From positions 112,716,001 to 112,780,000 of the forward strand of contig NC_088794.1 of NCBI RefSeq assembly GCF_011386835.1: a DNA stretch of 64,000 nucleotides, given 5' to 3'. The stretch comes from Chrysemys picta bellii (taxonomy: Eukaryota). The notes beneath the pieces are model-generated. The model worked only from the letters and a program-made list of their open reading frames with translations. It made no database searches and was not told where the DNA came from. Both the position numbers and the translations under genes were made by a program. Positions 61,200 through 64,000 of this stretch are shown here, in pieces. Numbering within the stretch: position 1 is the first letter of the stretch; the number at the start of each line of letters is the position of its first letter.

Positions 61200-64000
61200 C
61201 TCTTGGGCTGGGAGATCATCTCCTAAGGGGTGAGGGGTAGCTCCATCCCTTGGACGTTCGGCACTAGACTGGACCAAATGCTAGAGAACAGCCAGTATGG
61301 ATTGACCCGGCCCAGGAGATGGGCAAGGTGAGTTAACAGGGGGCTTCCCTCTCCAGCTTCCGAGATTCCAATCTCACAATTCAGGCAGCGTTTCTCTTCA
61401 CCCTGGGGAAGCTGCGTGACGGCCTCACAGTTTAACCCTTCCTGGGCAGTGTCTGATTTTCATCGAAAGGGGATGGGTCACATTAGAACGCTGGGCCAGC
61501 CTGACAGAGCACCCCGATTGGGCAGTGCGGACAGCCTTTACCAGGCTGGGCACAGGGGACATAGGACAGACAGTATGAAAGGGAGATTCATAGCAGGGCC
61601 TGAGAGTGCCTGACTCCTCTCCCCAAGGAGCGCTGAAGTCTGAAGGTTAGAAGGGGACGGGGAGGGACAAAGCCCTAAGGACTTCCAAAGCAGGGACCTG
61701 TGCTGAACAGACTGAGGATACCAAACGGGAGCTGCAGCAACCTACTTGCTCTCCAGTAGCCTCTCTGGTGGAGAGGCAGGGAATCAGAGTGAAGAGCATT
61801 TAGCTTCCAGATGCTGCAGATCTACCAGCTATTTAAATTGCACTAGAAACTTTTGCTAGATAAATAGATCGACACCCTTTTTGATGGGCTAATTCCTCCC
61901 GCTGCCAAGTAGCCATCTATGATCCTCTTGAGACAAAGTGGATTTTCCTGTGAGAGTCTCTGCCAGCCTCACACCTGCCTCCACTTATTATCTGTATTAT
62001 TTACATAGCATCATCGCTTTCCCTTTAGGTCCCTTTGGGGGGAGAAGTTTCTGGTGGCAGATGCTGCGCTCATTCAGAGGAAATCTAGTTTTCGGAAGCT
62101 AAGCAAGCAGCTTCATAAGGGGGGCTGAGTATAACAGCAGGGGTTTCTATAAAACCTGGAGCAGCAGGAGAATGTATTACAAGCCAGGCACTGGTGAGAT
62201 ACCAAAGACACTTTCCTTCCACATTAGCCCTTTGAAACTCCGAACACACAGCTCCTTTCCCACAGGCACTGCCCAAGAGCTGATAGGACCTTGCAAACCT
62301 GGATTGAAAAGGGGGTTACATGCATACAAGTAGAAGGTATTGTTATTGGCACAATTAACCAAAATGCTTAATTGTCTCTTCTATTCTATTCAGCTTTTTA
62401 TACATCTTCCAGGAACATCAGCATTTTCCAGTGATGCCTTGAGTGACATGACTAGCATCTATCATGCATGGTTTGACTATTAGTTCTCTTTAGCCACACC
62501 GTCTAATTACGGATCCCCAAACTTTAGCAGAGGGCTGAGTTGAAAGGGAAAGTCCACAGAGCCCTTCTCTCTGTGGCCACCTCAGATTTTCAGACCCGCC
62601 TGAAGTGGCTCTGCAATTTCTCTGAAATATTTGGGGTCAAAAATCTTTTGCTAAATCCTAACCAGCCCCCACCCCTCCCAGAAACAACTATCCGTTAATC
62701 CTGCCCTGGCTGCTGTTGTCTGATCAAAGCAGGAAAGTAACCTGGATAAGAAAAGTCCAGGGATGTTCCTTACCTGAGTGATGAACAGTGGCTCACCCAC
62801 TAAGTTGGAGAGAAGGGAGCTGAAGTAAACCTGATCCAGGCATGATGCTGGCTAGGAACAGCCTTTCCCCTGGAATGATTCCAGGCTCTTCCTTTCAGGA
62901 CGGATTCTTGAGCTGCTTTGCTTGCAAGTCTTAGGTAGTCAGTGACAGCACCAGGTATAGCACTGGGGACCGCTCCTCAGCACAGCCAGAGACAGCACTG
63001 GGAATGTGCATCAGCATAGCCAGACAGAGGATGTGCATCAGCACAGCCCTCTAGCTGCAGCAAAACCCTACTTCACATTTGTGTCAAGAGAGCCCAGCGT
63101 TCACTCACTCTCTAGCACTCCAACTGCGGTGTGATCAGCAGCAAACATTCCTGAAGGAGAGCTGCACCTTGCCTGATTACTTCCCACAATGTTTGTCCTG
63201 CTAATTCAGCTAAGGACTCTGAAAAAAGGCAGCATTTCTTTCTCTTTCTTTTCGCTGCCTTTCCCTCAGCACTGCTACTCCCTCTGCAGCTCCCGCAAAC
63301 ACCCCGGGAAGGAAAGATGTAGGGCTGAACAGCAGAATTTCAAGAAAGAGACAAACTGGGTCCCTCTGTGCCGGTGCTAAGGGTCAAGGAGGCCCAGCGC
63401 TGGTACTGGGTCTCACTGGGACAGCCAGGGTGCTCTCTGCTCCAGTGAGACAGGGCTGGCTCAGTCCATCTGGGAATCCTGGAGCCAGAGTTCAGCTGTT
63501 TATTTTTGTGGGATGGAAAAGCTGAGCTTCTTAAGGCACAGAGTTTGTATAGAATAAAAACTGAAGGGCCTGATTCAAATCACCCTCATTAGAGTTCCAC
63601 CAGGGTAAAACCCAGGTGAGTTCAATGGGGTTAATCCTGATCTACACCATCATGAAGTGAGATCGGAGCCAAGCCTCAACAGCCTACCTACTCCCATAAG
63701 CCCTATCTACTCTCAACCTGCACTCCAAAGAGTTCATACAGCTCCCCAACCCTCCAACTCCTTCCTCACTTCCCCCAAAACTCCTCTACTCTCCCAAACA
63801 GCTCCCCGGGTCTCTCCCAATCCCCCTAAACTGCTTCCCTACTGCTCCCCTCACACTCTCAAACTGCATCCCTGCTATGACCACAACCCATTCAAACCTC
63901 CTCAAGCCTCACCCATACTATGCTCCGGCATCCCCGAACAACTTCCATGCTGCACTCTAACCTTTCCCTTGTCATGACCCTAACAGCCCTAGGTCACTGC

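Larger units (their letters stand above)
60560..61300 (+). mobile_element. Old CR1 3' fragment interrupted by a PLE fragment
   Basis: ctggaaagagtccaga..., tttgggctgaatataaggaaa before the PLE, and a CR1-like remainder after 61200. Confidence 0.6.

Overview
Vertebrate genomic DNA, very probably a turtle (tortoise-type tRNA/CR1-tail SINE, young CR1 LINEs, GTCTACAC/GTGTAGAC palindromic MITEs, many hAT MITEs). It contains one real protein-coding gene: SYNDIG1L (TMEM90A/capucin, CD225/dispanin family) on the minus strand. Its three coding exons (39309-38899, 33969-33832, 30215-30057) join in phase 0 through GT-AG sites into a 235-aa protein. There is a candidate poly(A) site near 27690 and a candidate non-coding first exon/promoter near 55.4-55.8 kb. 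Most of the rest is transposon-derived: CR1 and L2 fragments, MIR-like SINEs, hAT/Harbinger/Tc1-mariner MITEs (many with intact TSDs), solo LTRs and a decayed Gypsy gag. The most interesting hidden structure is a set of four Penelope-like elements (PLEs). One is a 2.1-kb RT + GIY-YIG copy broken by a single homopolymer frameshift, two are short fold-back (inverted) copies and one is a 3' fragment. Each carries a minimal hammerhead-ribozyme motif. Two PLE subfamilies differ in the catalytic core (CUGAUGA vs a non-canonical CCGAAGA), and only the copy at 61107-61146 keeps a fully canonical core. Almost all other ORFs in the track are spurious. No prokaryotic features, rRNA, real tRNA or CRISPR were seen. 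All repeat calls are by eye; no database search was run.
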